Assembly: GCA_951406725.2 (NCBI GenBank)
Contig: OX597817.1
Location: 80,104,001 to 80,168,000, forward strand
Direction: 5' to 3'
From: Octopus vulgaris
Lineage: Eukaryota
Length of the DNA stretch: 64,000 nt
The position numbers and the translations under genes were made by a program. Every line of letters begins with the position of its first letter. Within the stretch, counting starts at the first letter, position 1. The notes below the pieces were generated by a model. That model was given only the letters and a program-made list of their open reading frames with translations, was not told where the DNA came from and made no database searches. This document shows positions 1 through 13,732 of this stretch, one piece after another.

Positions 1-409
1 GGAAAACACATTTTTCATTTTGGCCATTTTATCTTTGAAGCAGTGGCAAGATGAGAACAAAAAGGAAGAAGATGAAGTGCTAAAGTGACACAATTAAAAG
101 AACCGAGTATTGTCCATTCTGTGGATCCGATATTACTTAAGAGTTCTTCCCACTGCTAACCATTAAATCTATAGAAAAAAAATACAATGCTTTGCCATTC
201 AATAAAAAATAATAATACTGCTCAAGTTAATCTTATCTATAGAAGGCCCTTTACTATATTAAATTTTAGTAGACCTTTACTGTATTAACAAGCTACCTGT
301 CTTTCAATTTTTCTGACTGCATCAATGTATGCCTTCCTCTCTGTTTTCTGCTGTAGGATGCACTGTTAATCTGATTGTTCATTTCTTGCACTTCATTCAT
401 TTTCACCTA

Positions 410-413
<4 letters not shown>

Positions 414-445
<32 letters not shown>

Positions 446-757
446 ATATGCATATATGTGTGTGTGCGTGTGTGTGTGTGTGTGTGTGCACGTATACATA
501 TAGATATGTGTGTATATGTAGGTATGCATATATATATATATAGACAAACATGTGTGTGTGTGTATGTGTGTGTGTGGCCTCTTCTAATGACCTTTCACAT
601 ATTTTAAGTATTGCTCTTCAAAAAGATAATTTATATAATTAGAGAAGCATGTGTACTTTATTTCACACCATATGTGTTGAGTACATGAGTACATGCCTGT
701 CTGTGCATGCATATATGTATGCAGACATATATGCATGTATATATAAATATATATATG

Positions 758-825
<68 letters not shown>

Positions 826-879
826 CATGTACATATACATATATATCATTCTCTGTCTCTCTCTCTCTCCCTGTCTCTC

Positions 880-920
<41 letters not shown>

Positions 921-1136
921 GTAGAAAGATAGACAGACTGACTTACATAGACAGTCAGACAGACTGAAAGACAGACATAGAAAAAGAGATAGACACAATC
1001 ATATATGTGTCCATATAGGCACAAAGACATCCTATCCCCATGACACACATCCATATGTACATGCATACTTGCATTTGCACACACACCCACACACACATAT
1101 ACATACATATATAATAACTTCATGCATATATATATA

Positions 1137-1172
<36 letters not shown>

Positions 1173-1313
1173 ATTATATAGAAACTCCAGACAGATTCAG
1201 CCAGCAGCAGCTCAGGGCATACCTAATTGAATAGCATCACCTTGGTCAGCACAAACACACAAAATTTTATAGAAGTGTACTTATATATACATGCACATAT
1301 ATAGACATGCATA

Positions 1314-1389
<76 letters not shown>

Positions 1390-1405
1390 GACATACAGAC
1401 ATATA

Positions 1406-1458
<53 letters not shown>

Positions 1459-2193
1459 GCATATTTATATGTATATATATATATATATATATATTCAATG
1501 TAAGAAATACACATATATACCTACAAATACTGACTAGTACATGGAGGCCGCCTTTATACATTTCACTCAAAAACATGGACATACATACTTTAACACTTAT
1601 TAATTTTGTTGGAAACCTGACAGTGTAAGCTATATATTAGTTTGCCTATTGTGAACAACAAGAGAATGTGATTTTCAGACAGTATTGTACAATGCTACTG
1701 AATAATATAGTTGTGTGCATGTGTGTGTGTGTGGGTGTGTGTGTTTGTATGTGTATACATATATGTATATAAATAGATATATAAAATATATTTATATATG
1801 TTTATACATTTATATATATGTATGTGTGTGTGTGAGTGTGTGTATGTATGTATGTATGTATGTACGTATATGGGTAAATATAGATACACACATGCATTTA
1901 CACATGTGTGTGTATACATATGGGTATATTTATATATATATATATATAATATATTATGTACACATATATCTGTTTATATGTGGAATATACAAATACATGT
2001 GTAATGTACATATACATAGTTACACGCCCACACACACACACACAAATACACACATACATATATATATATACATAGAGTATATATATAGAGTATACTTATA
2101 TTGATATATTTTTACACATACATATATGCATATATATATATATATGCATATATATATCAGAATGAATATGTATTTATGTATATGTATAAAAAG

Positions 2194-2240
<47 letters not shown>

Positions 2241-2292
2241 GCATGTATATATATATATATATATATTTGTACACAAACATACACACACACAC
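414..2292. repeat. Compound microsatellite region (CT)n/(TG)n/(TA)n/(TACA)n
   Basis: Visible di- and tetranucleotide tracts; the overlapping YIYI/CVCV ORFs are translations of these repeats. Confidence 0.9.
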
Positions 2293-2974
2293 AAAGAGTG
2301 TACGACTGTGTACGCATACCTTTGCACTGGATGTACTTTTGACCAGAAATTGTTGTTGTTGTCGTTGTTGCGGCTGCTGCTACTGCTTATGCTGTTGTTG
2401 ATTATTGTTGTTACTTTCATGGTAAGAGTTGTTGTTTAATTCCTCACAACCATCACCACCACTACCACCACAACCACCACCATCACCGTCACCACCATCC
2501 CAACCTTTTCTAGCAGACCTTTGACACAAAGTTAAGTGAATTGAATCTTTAGCAGTTCCCCAGTAATCTCATCATAATATAAAGTCACTGGTTTTTCTAT
2601 GAAACCATTCAACTTATTCCCATTTTTAATCTTTATTTTATGCTGGTCAGTGTGTATCAGCAATTTTCTTCCATTCTGCAAATATATTAAATGTATTGCT
2701 GTCATTTTCTATATGTATTGATTATAGCTTGATCAGTAAATATTAAAACCATCTCTCCATCCATCTTCTCCAGCCACTAGTCATAGAAGGGTCATGTGGG
2801 TAGAGTTCTCAGGCTTTACTTTCATAGGGTTCTTTTTATCAGAAGCCACTGTCATTAAACATTTCAGATGGATTCCCAATCAGCTGAGATTATTTAAATA
2901 CCAAAATCACTACTTAATAATATTTCACAGGATGGCCTGCTGTGCTTACCTTGGATTGTGGGCGACCTGCCATG

Positions 2975-3383
2975 CTTAAGGACACCTACTGAGTCAAGTA
3001 CATCAACATCAAAATAAAAATCAAATGGAAATTGTAGTTGTGATACCCATGCCAGTGGCACTTAAAAAGCACTATCCGAACATGGCTGATGCCAGCACCA
3101 CCTTGACTGGAATGCTGGTGGCACGTAAAAAGCACCAACCGATTGTGACCATTACCAGCCTCCTCTGGTCCCTGTGCCAGTGGTACATAAAAAGCACCCA
3201 CTACACTCATGGAGTGGTTGGCGTTAGGTAGGGCATCCAGCTGTAGAAACATTGCCAGATCAGACTGGAGCCTGGTGCAGCCTCCTGGCTTTCCAGACCC
3301 TGGTCAAACCATATAACCCATGCTAGCATGGAAAACGGACATTAAATGATGATGAGGATGATGATGATGATGATGATGACGAT
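2975..3383 (+). mobile_element. RTE-clade LINE 3' UTR fragment ending in (GAT)n tail
   Basis: Reverse-complement similarity to the 3' UTR of the RTE copy at 4624-5330 (gagtggttggcgttagg.agggcatccagctgtagaaac...catgctagcatggaaa..ggac.ttaaatgatgat). Confidence 0.7.
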
Positions 3384-3384
3384 G

Positions 3385-3887
3385 TGGCAACCTGGCAGAA
3401 TCATTAGCATAGCGAATAAAATCCTTAGTGACATTTCATTCATCTTCACATTCTGAGTCCAAATGCCACTGAGATTGACATTGTGTTTTCATCCTTTTGG
3501 GGTTGATATAATAAGTACCAGTTGAGTATTGGGGTCAATGTAATCTACTTACCTACCACATCCGTCTGGCGACGGACTTGGTAAACGCCCACAAAGTTGT
3601 CAACCACCTTACCAATAACAACACTGAACACCTTTTTGATCTCCATGTGTCTAACACACGTGGACATGCCTACAAAGTCAGAAAACAACACAGCTCCCAT
3701 GACTTTCGGAAACATTTCTTCACGCTCAGAGTTGCTGAAGCATGGAATAAACTGCCTGCATCAGTTGTTGACTGCCATGACACTGCATCCTTTAAGGCCC
3801 TCATGCTTTCCGAAATCCGTCGAAACTACACCTGATTATATATGCACTTTAGATGAGTTGTAGTGCACCTGAGCACTGTACACAATG

Positions 3888-3940
<53 letters not shown>

Positions 3941-3985
3941 CCCTGAAATTGCTGGCTTTGTGCCAAAATTTGAAACCGATATTTA
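3385..3985 (+). mobile_element. SINE family 2 (short-tail variant) interrupted by a CR1 fragment
   Basis: ctggcagaatc.ttagca...ttctgagt.caaat...ggggtcaatgtaatc.acttacc (3385-3553) resumes as ccctgaaattgctggctttgtgccaaaatttgaaacc (3941-3978), matching the intact copy at 55211-55425. Confidence 0.7.
3554..3940 (+). mobile_element. CR1/L2-type LINE 3' fragment (ORF2 C-terminus) with (ATT)n tail
   Basis: ORF 3578-3835 has TRGHAYK...RKHFFTLRVAEAWNKLPASVV...SFK, the typical CR1 ORF2 C-terminal motif; (ATT)n tail at 3890-3940. Confidence 0.8.
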
Positions 3986-4622
3986 TAATTAGCATGAAGT
4001 AGATTTAATTGCCATCCCTAGGCTTTAAAGGGTAACTTTTGAGACTATACAATGCACATGAAATGTTGGTCAAAATATTGGTTTTAAATTTTAGCATGAG
4101 CCCAGTAATTGTTTTGGCAGAGCAAGTCATTTACATCAACCCCAGTGCTCAACTGGTTCTTATTTTATTTTGCCTGGTGAGCATCCACTCAGTATTTGGT
4201 CTTCTTTCCGTATATTCACTGTTTCACCCATGCCCCTATCTCTCACTTCCCCATGTGCTCCTTTAACTGCTACCTACCCACATTCCTTGCCCTGCTGTCC
4301 ACGCTCATTTCTCCTCACCACCCTTCTTGACAGTCTATATATTCTTATCTCTTTTCTGGTACGAGCTGATGCCCCATCCACTATCTTCTAAAATATAAGT
4401 AGCTATGTGCTCACCTCAACAGTAAGAAACCTCTTTTTCCCAGGCCCTTTCACTCATACCTTAATCCCTCAGTTTCTAGCATATATCTACTTCTCTGGCT
4501 GGTAGTCTTCGAAGTTGCATGACAATCTTGCAAATGATAGTGGCATGAAAGAAGCACTCAATACAATAGTTTAACTACATGTCAACTTTATCTAAAGATG
4601 ACATAGATGATATATATATATA

Positions 4623-4623
<1 letters not shown>

Positions 4624-4655
<32 letters not shown>

Positions 4656-5876
4656 TTAACGTCCGCTTTCCATGCTAGCATGGGTTGGACGGTTCAACTG
4701 GGGTCTGGGGAGCCCGAAGGCTGCACCAGGCCAGTCAGATATGGCAGTGTTTCTACAGCTGGATGCCCTTCCTAACGCCAACCACTCCGAGAGTGTAGTG
4801 GGTGATTTTATGTGCCACCGACACAGGTGCCAGACGAGGCTGGCGAACGGCCACGCTCGGATGGTGTTTTTATGTGCCACCGACACAGGTGCCAGACGAG
4901 GCTGGCGAACGGCCACGCTCGGATGGTGTTTTTATGTGCCACCGACACAGGTGTCAGACAAGGCTAGCAGACGACCATGATCGGATGGTGTTTTTATGTG
5001 CCACCGACACAGGTGTCAGACGAGGCTGGCGAACGGCCACGCTCGGATGGTGTTTTTATGTGCCACCGACACAGGTGCCAGACAAGGCTAGCAGACGACC
5101 ACGCTCGGATGGTGTTTTTTTTTATGTGCCACCGACACAGGAGCCAGATTAGGCTGGCGATCGGCCACGATTGGATGGTGATTGTTACGTGCCCACAGCA
5201 TGGAGGCCAGTCGGTGCGGTACTGGCTACGGCCACGTTCGGATGGTTTTCTTGTGTGCCACCGTCACTGGTACCACAAAGATACAAATTCCATTGATGTT
5301 CATCTATTTTGATTTTGTTTGATTTTCACTTGCCTCAACAGGTCTTCACAAGTGTCACAAGAAGGAAGGTATGCACAGGTGGACTGACTACGTCCCAGGT
5401 AGGGGCCACGGGTTATGGCCTGACTAGTCTTGCCGGGTCTTCTCACGCACAGCATACTTCCATAGGTCTCGGTCTCTAGTCATTTCCTTGGTGAGACCTA
5501 AAGTTCGTAGGTCGTGCTTCACCACTTCGTCCCAGGTTTTCCTGGGTCTACCTCTTCCACAGGTTCCCTCAACCGCTAGGGTGTAGCACTTTTGCACACA
5601 ACTATCTTCAGCTATTCTCGTCATATGACCATACCAGCGCAGCCGTCTCTCTTGCACACCACAACTGACGCTTCTTAGGTTCAACTTTTCTCTCAAGGTA
5701 CTTACACTCTGACGATTATGAACACTGACATTACACATCCATCGGAGCATACTGGCTTCATTTCTTGCGAGCTTACGCATATCCTCAGCAGTCACGGCCC
5801 ATGTTTCACTACCATGTAGCATGGCTGTACGTACACATGCATCATAAAGTCTGCCTTTTACTCTGAGCGAGAGGCC
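4624..5876 (-). mobile_element. 5'-truncated RTE-clade LINE (ORF C-terminus, 3' UTR with ~60-bp tandem repeats, (ATG)n tail)
   Basis: ORF 5424-5822 has MLHGSETW...MLRWMC...RLRWYGH...GRGRPRKTW, characteristic of the RTE ORF C-terminus; (CAT)n at 4624-4655 on the plus strand. Confidence 0.85.
4800..5280. repeat. ~60-bp minisatellite in RTE 3' UTR (6 good copies plus 2 degenerate)
   Basis: Unit tgtgccaccgacacaggtgccagacgaggctggcgaacggccacgctcggatggtgttttta is repeated. Confidence 0.9.
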
Positions 5877-6187
<311 letters not shown>

Positions 6188-6312
6188 TCTCGCTCAGAGT
6201 AAAAGGCAGACTTTATGATGCATGTGTACGTACAGCCATGCTACATGGTAGTGAAACATGGGCCGTGACTGCTGAGGATATGCGTAAGCTCGCAAGAAAT
6301 GAAGCCAGTATG
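6188..6312 (+). mobile_element. Inverted copy of the RTE fragment 5' end
   Basis: Reverse complement of ~5748-5872; ORF 6238 starts [25 protein letters not shown]. Confidence 0.85.
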
Positions 6313-6322
6313 GAAATGAAGC

Positions 6323-7003
6323 CAGCATGGAGGCCAGTCGGTGCGGTACTGGCTACGGCCACGTTCGGATGGTTTTCTTGTGTGCCACCGTCACTGGTAC
6401 CACAAAGATACAAATTCCATTGATGTTCATCTATTTTGATTTTGTTTGATTTTCACTTGCCTCAACAGGTCTTCACAAGTGTCACAAGAAGGAAGGTATG
6501 CACAGGTGGACTGACTACGTCCCAGGTAGGGGCCACGGGTTATGGCCTGACTAGTCTTGCCGGGTCTTCTCACGCACAGCATACTTCCATAGGTCTCGGT
6601 CTCTAGTCATTTCCTTGGTGAGACCTAAAGTTCGTAGGTCGTGCTTCACCACTTCGTCCCAGGTTTTCCTGGGTCTACCTCTTCCACAGGTTCCCTCAAC
6701 CGCTAGGGTGTAGCACTTTTGCACACAACTATCTTCAGCTATTCTCGTCATATGACCATACCAGCGCAGCCGTCTCTCTTGCACACCACAACTGACGCTT
6801 CTTAGGTTCAACTTTTCTCTCAAGGTACTTACACTCTGACGATTATGAACACTGACATTACACATCCATCGGAGCATACTGGCTTCATTTCTTGCGAGCT
6901 TACGCATATCCTCAGCAGTCACGGCCCATGTTTCACTACCATGTAGCATGGCTGTACGTACACATGCATCATAAAGTCTGCCTTTTACTCTGAGCGAGAG
7001 GCC
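6323..7003 (-). mobile_element. Direct duplicate of RTE segment 5196-5876
   Basis: ORF 6551-6949 is identical to ORF 5424-5822 (offset 1127 bp) and has the same junction into (TA)n. Confidence 0.9.
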
Positions 7004-7611
<608 letters not shown>

Positions 7612-8980
7612 TACCGGTTTTGCGTTCAGCTTTTCAAATTTCTTATATCGTTATGTTTATGTTGAGAAGTGTGAAGGAGAGTGAAAGAGAGTTCCAGATA
7701 AGGGGAGGTAATAAGTGATTTCTTCCGGTGTAAGGGAGATAATCGCTTAATATTTCTTGCTTTTCTTTTGGAGTGAGTTTCTCTGTATAAGAATGTTGGA
7801 ATGGTTAAGTTTGGGCTTGTACTTTTCAATGAAGAATGTTTCCTTGTTTAGTCTAATTTGTGTTGGTGTTCCGATAGCACATTGGTAAAATGGAAAGATT
7901 AAAAATTGTGGTAGTAGTTGCTTTGCACATTTCTCAATGTGCTCACTAAAGGGTATCATTCTGTATTCTGGGAATGCAATCTGTTGTCGAAGCAGTGTGC
8001 ATCTACGTCTGAGTGATAGTCCCGTGGACCCCACGTAGTTTTGGTGGCAGCCCGAGCATTTTATGACATAAATTATGTTTTCAGAGGCACAAGTAAAATT
8101 AGATTTGATCTTGAATTTCTGTCCCTCTTTGAAGAGGAATTCTGATCCTTCTAGTAGGTTTGGACATGTTGCACAGTTCGGTCTACCACATTTTTTTACT
8201 TTTGCATCCGTAATTTCAGAAAACAATTTTGCCTTTGTGAGAATCTTTTTAAGTGATTTAGGTTGTTTGTAGCTTTTAATGATTTGGTGTGTGTTTAGAA
8301 TTTCCTTTAATTTGGGGTCCTTATGAAGTATTGGTAAATTATGGGTGATGATGGTGAAGGCTTCTTTGTTTCTGGGGTTGTATGTGGATATGTAAGACAG
8401 TATTTTCGGGGAAGGTGTTTTGTTGTGTTGAACTTTTCTCAAAGTTTCTATGTTGATTTCTGTTGCACGTCTGATCCCATCCTCTATGAGTTGAGCTGGG
8501 TAATGTCTGTCAATTAGGGTGTTTTTGAGTTCTTGCAGTCTAAAGTTCCTGGTATTTTGTTCTGACACTATTGTGCATATCCTTCTTGCAAGGTTGAAGG
8601 GGATGTTTGTTTTAGTGTGTCTTGGGTGGCATGAATCAAAAAGTAGGTATTGTTTGGCGTCTGTGGAATACAACAAAAAGGAGCTCCCATTCTTGGATAT
8701 ACTAATTAAAACAATTAACCTTAAAATAGAAACAGACATTTTTTACAAAGCCACATTGAAAAATACAAGCCCAAACTTAACCATTTCAACATTCTTATAC
8801 AGAGAAACTCACTCCAAAAGAAAAGCAAGAAATATTAAGCGATTATCTCCCTTACACCGGAAGAAATCACTTATTACCTCCCCTTATCTGGAACTCTCTT
8901 TCACTCTCCTTCACATTTCTCAACGTAAACATAACGATGTAAGAAATTTGAAAAGCTGAACGCGAAACCGGTCTTTCTTC
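7612..8980 (-). mobile_element. 5'-truncated Penelope-like element (RT thumb plus GIY-YIG endonuclease) with inverted pseudo-LTR
   Basis: ORF 7747-8739 has QYLLFDSCHPRHTKTNIPFNLARR (PLE thumb), CGRPNCATC, and NIIYVIKCSGCHQNYVGST..LRRR (GIY-YIG); 7612-7830 is inverted relative to 8753-8972. Confidence 0.9.
7747..8664 (-). pseudogene. Penelope-like ORF C-terminal part (thumb, Zn-finger, GIY-YIG)
   Basis: Open frame from TDAKQYL to the stop; residues upstream of ~8664 come from an inverted segment and are not the true N-terminus. Confidence 0.8.
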
Positions 8981-9140
8981 AAAAACTATGTCATTGTATG
9001 AAAAAAATTTATAACATTCTTCAGACATAATGACTCAAATATATATTTTTTAACCTTCTAAAACAAGCCTTCTGTAGTTTTTTCACTTTTTACTATTTTC
9101 TATATATTCAACCACGTGCTTTCACATACCAACTTTCTCA

Positions 9141-9176
<36 letters not shown>

Positions 9177-9710
9177 CCCTCCTTTCTGTTAGGAGGCACA
9201 AACAGTTACACACAAACACAAATGCACATGCACACACACACATACACACACAATGTGTGTGTATATTATCGACATACATACTCAGTGTATGTGCTCTGCT
9301 TGTTTGCCGGTAGGCTGCACACATGGCATGGAGCAGATGACTTCCCCCAAAGTGCTGCATGTTTAAACATCTGGAAGTCATGGACATCTGAAACAACTCA
9401 CCCCAAATGCCATTTAGAAGCAATGAACATCGATGTTTCATCATTTTTGTAGCTTATCAACATCACGTACCTGGACCAAATTGGAGGCAAATGACACTAT
9501 ACAAAGAGTATAATTATCCATTTGCTGGTAAGCCCTGACAAATGCATACATAAGAATAAATTCAAATATGAATTTGAATTTATGCAACATTAGCAGCACA
9601 AGTGTTGTAGACGTTATGGACCAGACATACTTATGTACACTCCTTGCTTGTTTGCTGGTATGCTGCGATTTGGCATGGTAAATATATAGCCATACAGTAT
9701 GGTAAAAAGA

Positions 9711-9940
9711 CAGTGAGCTGGTAGAATCGTTATCATGCCAGGTGAAATGCTTAGTGGTATTTCATCTGCCATTACATTCTGAGTTCAAATTCCACCGAAG
9801 TCAACTTTGCCTTTCAATCATTTCGGGGTCGATAAATTAAGTACCATTTATGCACTGGGGTTGATGTAATCGACTTAATCCCTTTGTCTGTCGTTGTTTG
9901 TCCCCTCTATGTTGAGCACCTTGTGGGCAAAAAAGAAATA
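9711..9940 (+). mobile_element. SINE family 2 (long tail) inserted in the head of a SINE family 1 copy
   Basis: gagctggtagaatcgtta...ctgagttcaaattcc...gcaccttgtgggcaaaaaagaaata, followed directly by agaagcttgcttcc..accacatgg (SINE1 head). Confidence 0.75.
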
Positions 9941-10320
9941 AGAAGCTTGCTTCCTGACCACATGGTCCCAGTGGTTAGACACATGGCCAAGTTGTAGCAC
10001 TTTGGGCAAGTGTCTTCTACTATAGCCTCAGGTCGACCAAGGCCTCGTAAGTGGATTTGGAAGATGGGAATTGAAAGAAGCCTGTCATATGCATGTGTGT
10101 GTGTGTTTGTATGTCTGTGTATGTGTGTGTGTGTGTTTGTCCTCCTGCCATAGTTTGACAACTGACACTGTTGTGTATATTTCCCTGTAATTTAGTGACC
10201 AATAGAATAAGTGCCAGGCTTAGAAAGAATAAATCCTGGGGTTGATTTCTTCCAGTAAGACCCTTTAAGGCAGTGCTCCAGTATGGCCATAGTGAAATAA
10301 CTGAAACAAATAAAAGAATA
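9941..10320 (+). mobile_element. SINE family 1 (tRNA-derived head, internal microsatellite)
   Basis: ttgggcaagtgtcttctactatagcct...ggatttgg...ctgaaacaaataaaaga, shared with many copies in the window. Confidence 0.75.
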
Positions 10321-10969
10321 TATTATGTAGATCAGAAGTTTTGCAATATTTTGGTAACTTATTTGTTTTATTCATCTAGTTACATCAAAAGCAGCCTAGC
10401 ATTCAAAGTAGAGGCCATCGTGTTGTACCATCTGAAGTCACCTTTCTGCCAGCTCTTTGATCTCATCTCAATACCAGTTCTTGTCCTTCTAGAAAAAGAA
10501 CTCCTTCACTGAAGCTTCCACCACCTCTCTTATTGTATGAAGTGTCCCGACCAAGGAAATGAGCCACAGATTAGAACATGTAATATTCCAAGATATCTAT
10601 ATCTGGATTATATGCTGGCTGTGACATCAGTTCAATTCCCTCAAGTTTCTGGAGTTTGTTCGAAGTTGTTTGAGTGGCATAGGGTTTTGCGTTGTCTTGC
10701 TGCAGAAGAGCTCACTTTCTATTAACCAATGCCATGTAGTTTTGCTGCACAATGGCATACATCTACTCCATCTATTCAGGATACAGGTTAGCATCGATGA
10801 TTTGATCATCCAGAATGAACTCAGCCCCATCCAGAAATCAAACTCATTGCCTCATGATTCTGAACCCATCACTCTAACCACTGAGCAATGCACCATCACA
10901 AAATAATGTATGTGTGTCAGTGTGTGTGTCAGTATGTATGTCTGTGTGTTGTATATATTTTGTATATTT

Positions 10970-11352
10970 TGTTTACCAACCACATGGTTCCGGGTTCAGT
11001 CCCGCTGTGTGGCACCTTGGGCAAGTGTCTTCTACCATAGCCTTGGGCTGACCAAAGCCTTGTGAGTGGATTTGGTAGACGGAAACTGAAAGAAGCCCGT
11101 TGTATATATGTATATATATATATATGCATGTGTGTTTGTGTGTCTGTGTTTGTGTGTCTGTGTTTGTCCCCCTAGCATTGCTTGACAACCGATGCTGGTG
11201 TGTTTATGTCCCCGTTACTTAGCGGTTCAGCAAAAGAGACTGATAGAATGAGTACTGGGCTTACAAAAGAATAAGTCCTGGGATCAATTTGCTCAATTAA
11301 AGGCGGTGCTCCAGCATGGTCGCAGTCAAATGACTGAAACAAGTAAAAGAGT
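10970..11352 (+). mobile_element. SINE family 1
   Basis: accaaccacatggttccgggttcagtcc (B-box-like) through gactgaaacaagtaaaaga. Confidence 0.8.
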
Positions 11353-11518
11353 AGGAGTATATATACATGCGCGTGTTGTATGTGTATATGTATGTGTGTG
11401 TGTGTGCGTGTATACAGTGATAGATAGATAGATAGGTATAATACATACATCTATATATATATATTTATATATATGTGTGTGTGTGTATGTGTGTGTGTGT
11501 TGTGTGTGTGTGTGTGTA

Positions 11519-11553
<35 letters not shown>

Positions 11554-12371
11554 GAGTAATTTAACAGTAGCAATCATACTGTTAACTGTATACACAAGAT
11601 TTAGTACATATATCTATTGCTGCATATGATTTTCTTTATTAATATCAGAACATAGTGAGAGAATAATTACTGTGATATATTCTAATAATATGCCACTCCA
11701 CCAAGTGGTATATTAGTCATGGCATTAAATATAGCCATTATTTATGGATATCACTTGTGCAAATGAACGAGTGGATATCTGTGCATGCTTACATATGTGT
11801 ACTTGTGAGTACATGTTTGTATGTGTTTGTATATGCGAATATGTGTGTGTGTGTGTGTTAATGTGCCTACATATGTTAGATGTGTTTGATTTTGCATGCT
11901 CATAACTACATATGTGATGCTATATATGTGCACATGTCTATGTATGTGTATGCCAATGTGGGTTCCAGTTTGTATGCCTATAGATGTATGTGTGTTTGTT
12001 CATGTGCACATGCATATATTGTCTTTGTCTTGACACATACCTTGACACATACATATGTAAGCATATGCATATGCATACACACAATATATAGACAAGCGTA
12101 GGTGCTTGTATATCTGCATATGTTTAAACATCTTTGTATTTGTGAATGCAAGCAACAATGAAGAGTCCTAACTTGTGTTGTTTGTAAGATATTTTTGCAG
12201 TAACTTGTAAAACTAATATAGTTTCCTTTTAGAAGATATGTGGCCAATTTTGATCATGGATTGTCATCTCATTGGTTCTGAGATCAAATCCACAATATGA
12301 AGTGTTTTTACAGAGGGTCTAAAGTCTCTCTTGGTTTTATTACTGAATCATATTATACCATTATACAATAT

Positions 12372-12632
12372 GTGGAGGTTGTGGGTTCGAATCTCAGACC
12401 GGGCGATGCGTGTGTTTATGAGCAAAACACCTAAGTTCCACGTGGCTCCGGCAGAAGATAATGGCGAACTTCTGCTGACTCTTTCACCACAACTTTCTCT
12501 CACTCTTTCCTCCTGCATCTTGCAGCTCACCTGCAACAGACCGGTGTCCCATTCAGGAAGGGAACCTCTACGCTAAGGAAACCAGGAAACCGGCCCTTAT
12601 GAGCCAGGCATGGCTCGAGAAGGAACAAACAA
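12372..12632 (+). mobile_element. SINE family 3 (partial)
   Basis: ggttcgaatctcagaccgggcg...aaaacacctaa...gaaaccggccc.tatgagcc, homologous to 43318-43620. Confidence 0.65.
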
Positions 12633-13732
12633 CATTATACAATATATGTTGTGTGTTCACTCGTGGAAGTAATGCAAGAAATGAACTTTAAAATAAAAGT
12701 GAGGCTTTATTCCTCCATAAAGTAGTACTGTAGATCAGGTAATAAACATTATGAATTCTGGTGGTTGTAGTTAATCCATTATTTGGATAATTTAGCTTGG
12801 GCCCTTATTGGTTATATGTGCTCCATTATATTAATTTTGCTCTGGTGAATAATGGCAGGAAATCAACTTAACTTGCCTTCATGAAAATTACTCACCCCTC
12901 TGCACTGATTGATAGAAACAAAAAGAGGCTCCGAAGCACATGGAGATTAATTGTTTGAAAATATATTACGCGCAATGTGATTGGACCTTTGATCCAAATC
13001 CCACACAATACTCAACCAATCGCAGCACAGGACTCAACCAATGTTTAAAACTCACATGATAGGTAAAACAACCCATCATTACAGATTATTGCACTGAGCC
13101 TATATCAGTTTAATGTATTCAATATACTATAATAGAAATTGGTCTCACTACAGTGTATTGTTACATTTGAAAACTTACACTGTATACCTACACGACTGAG
13201 AATACCTAGCTGATGAGAACCTAGTATCATCCAGTAATATACTAAGGAAGCTGGTTCATCTTTCAGTTAATCCAAGAGGTAAGACACAACAATTATCAGC
13301 CCAGTTAAGACCTGAGAGGATATTCCCTTCATTTTAGTTAATCCTTTAGCATTCAGATTACTCAGTCAGATTATGCAATTCTTATTTATTCACATTGTTT
13401 TGAATTAATCCTGCATTATCTGATAGGCTGCATTATCTGATAATCCTGCATTATCTGATATGTGATTACATATTTTTATAATAACATTGTTGGGTAAATG
13501 TGAGAGGCAGGATCTAACCAGTTTGAACATAAAACAAGTAGAATATTTTGACTTGATATGACTGGTAAAATGCTAAAGGGGTACAGTCGCATGTCACTTA
13601 TTGTGAGGTCATGGATTATGATAGTGAAATGAGATAACAACCATGAGTGGGATTGAGCTATCCTTCCTTTGAATCTCAAGAATGCATGAAATTAGCATAT
13701 GTGTGTATAGATACATATGAATGTATATAAAT

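Noticed and set aside
329-2439. Many overlapping ORFs ([12 protein letters not shown])
   Set aside because: Translations of stop-free microsatellites, not genes; the same applies at 5886-7684, 45383-46625, 51978-52627 and 57530-59654.
4800-5280. CRISPR-like regular repeats
   Set aside because: The units are contiguous ~60-bp minisatellite copies without unique spacers, inside an RTE 3' UTR of a eukaryotic genome; there are no cas genes.
10322-10840. Possible mariner-like relic
   Set aside because: Too degenerate; no confident catalytic motif or TIR pair.
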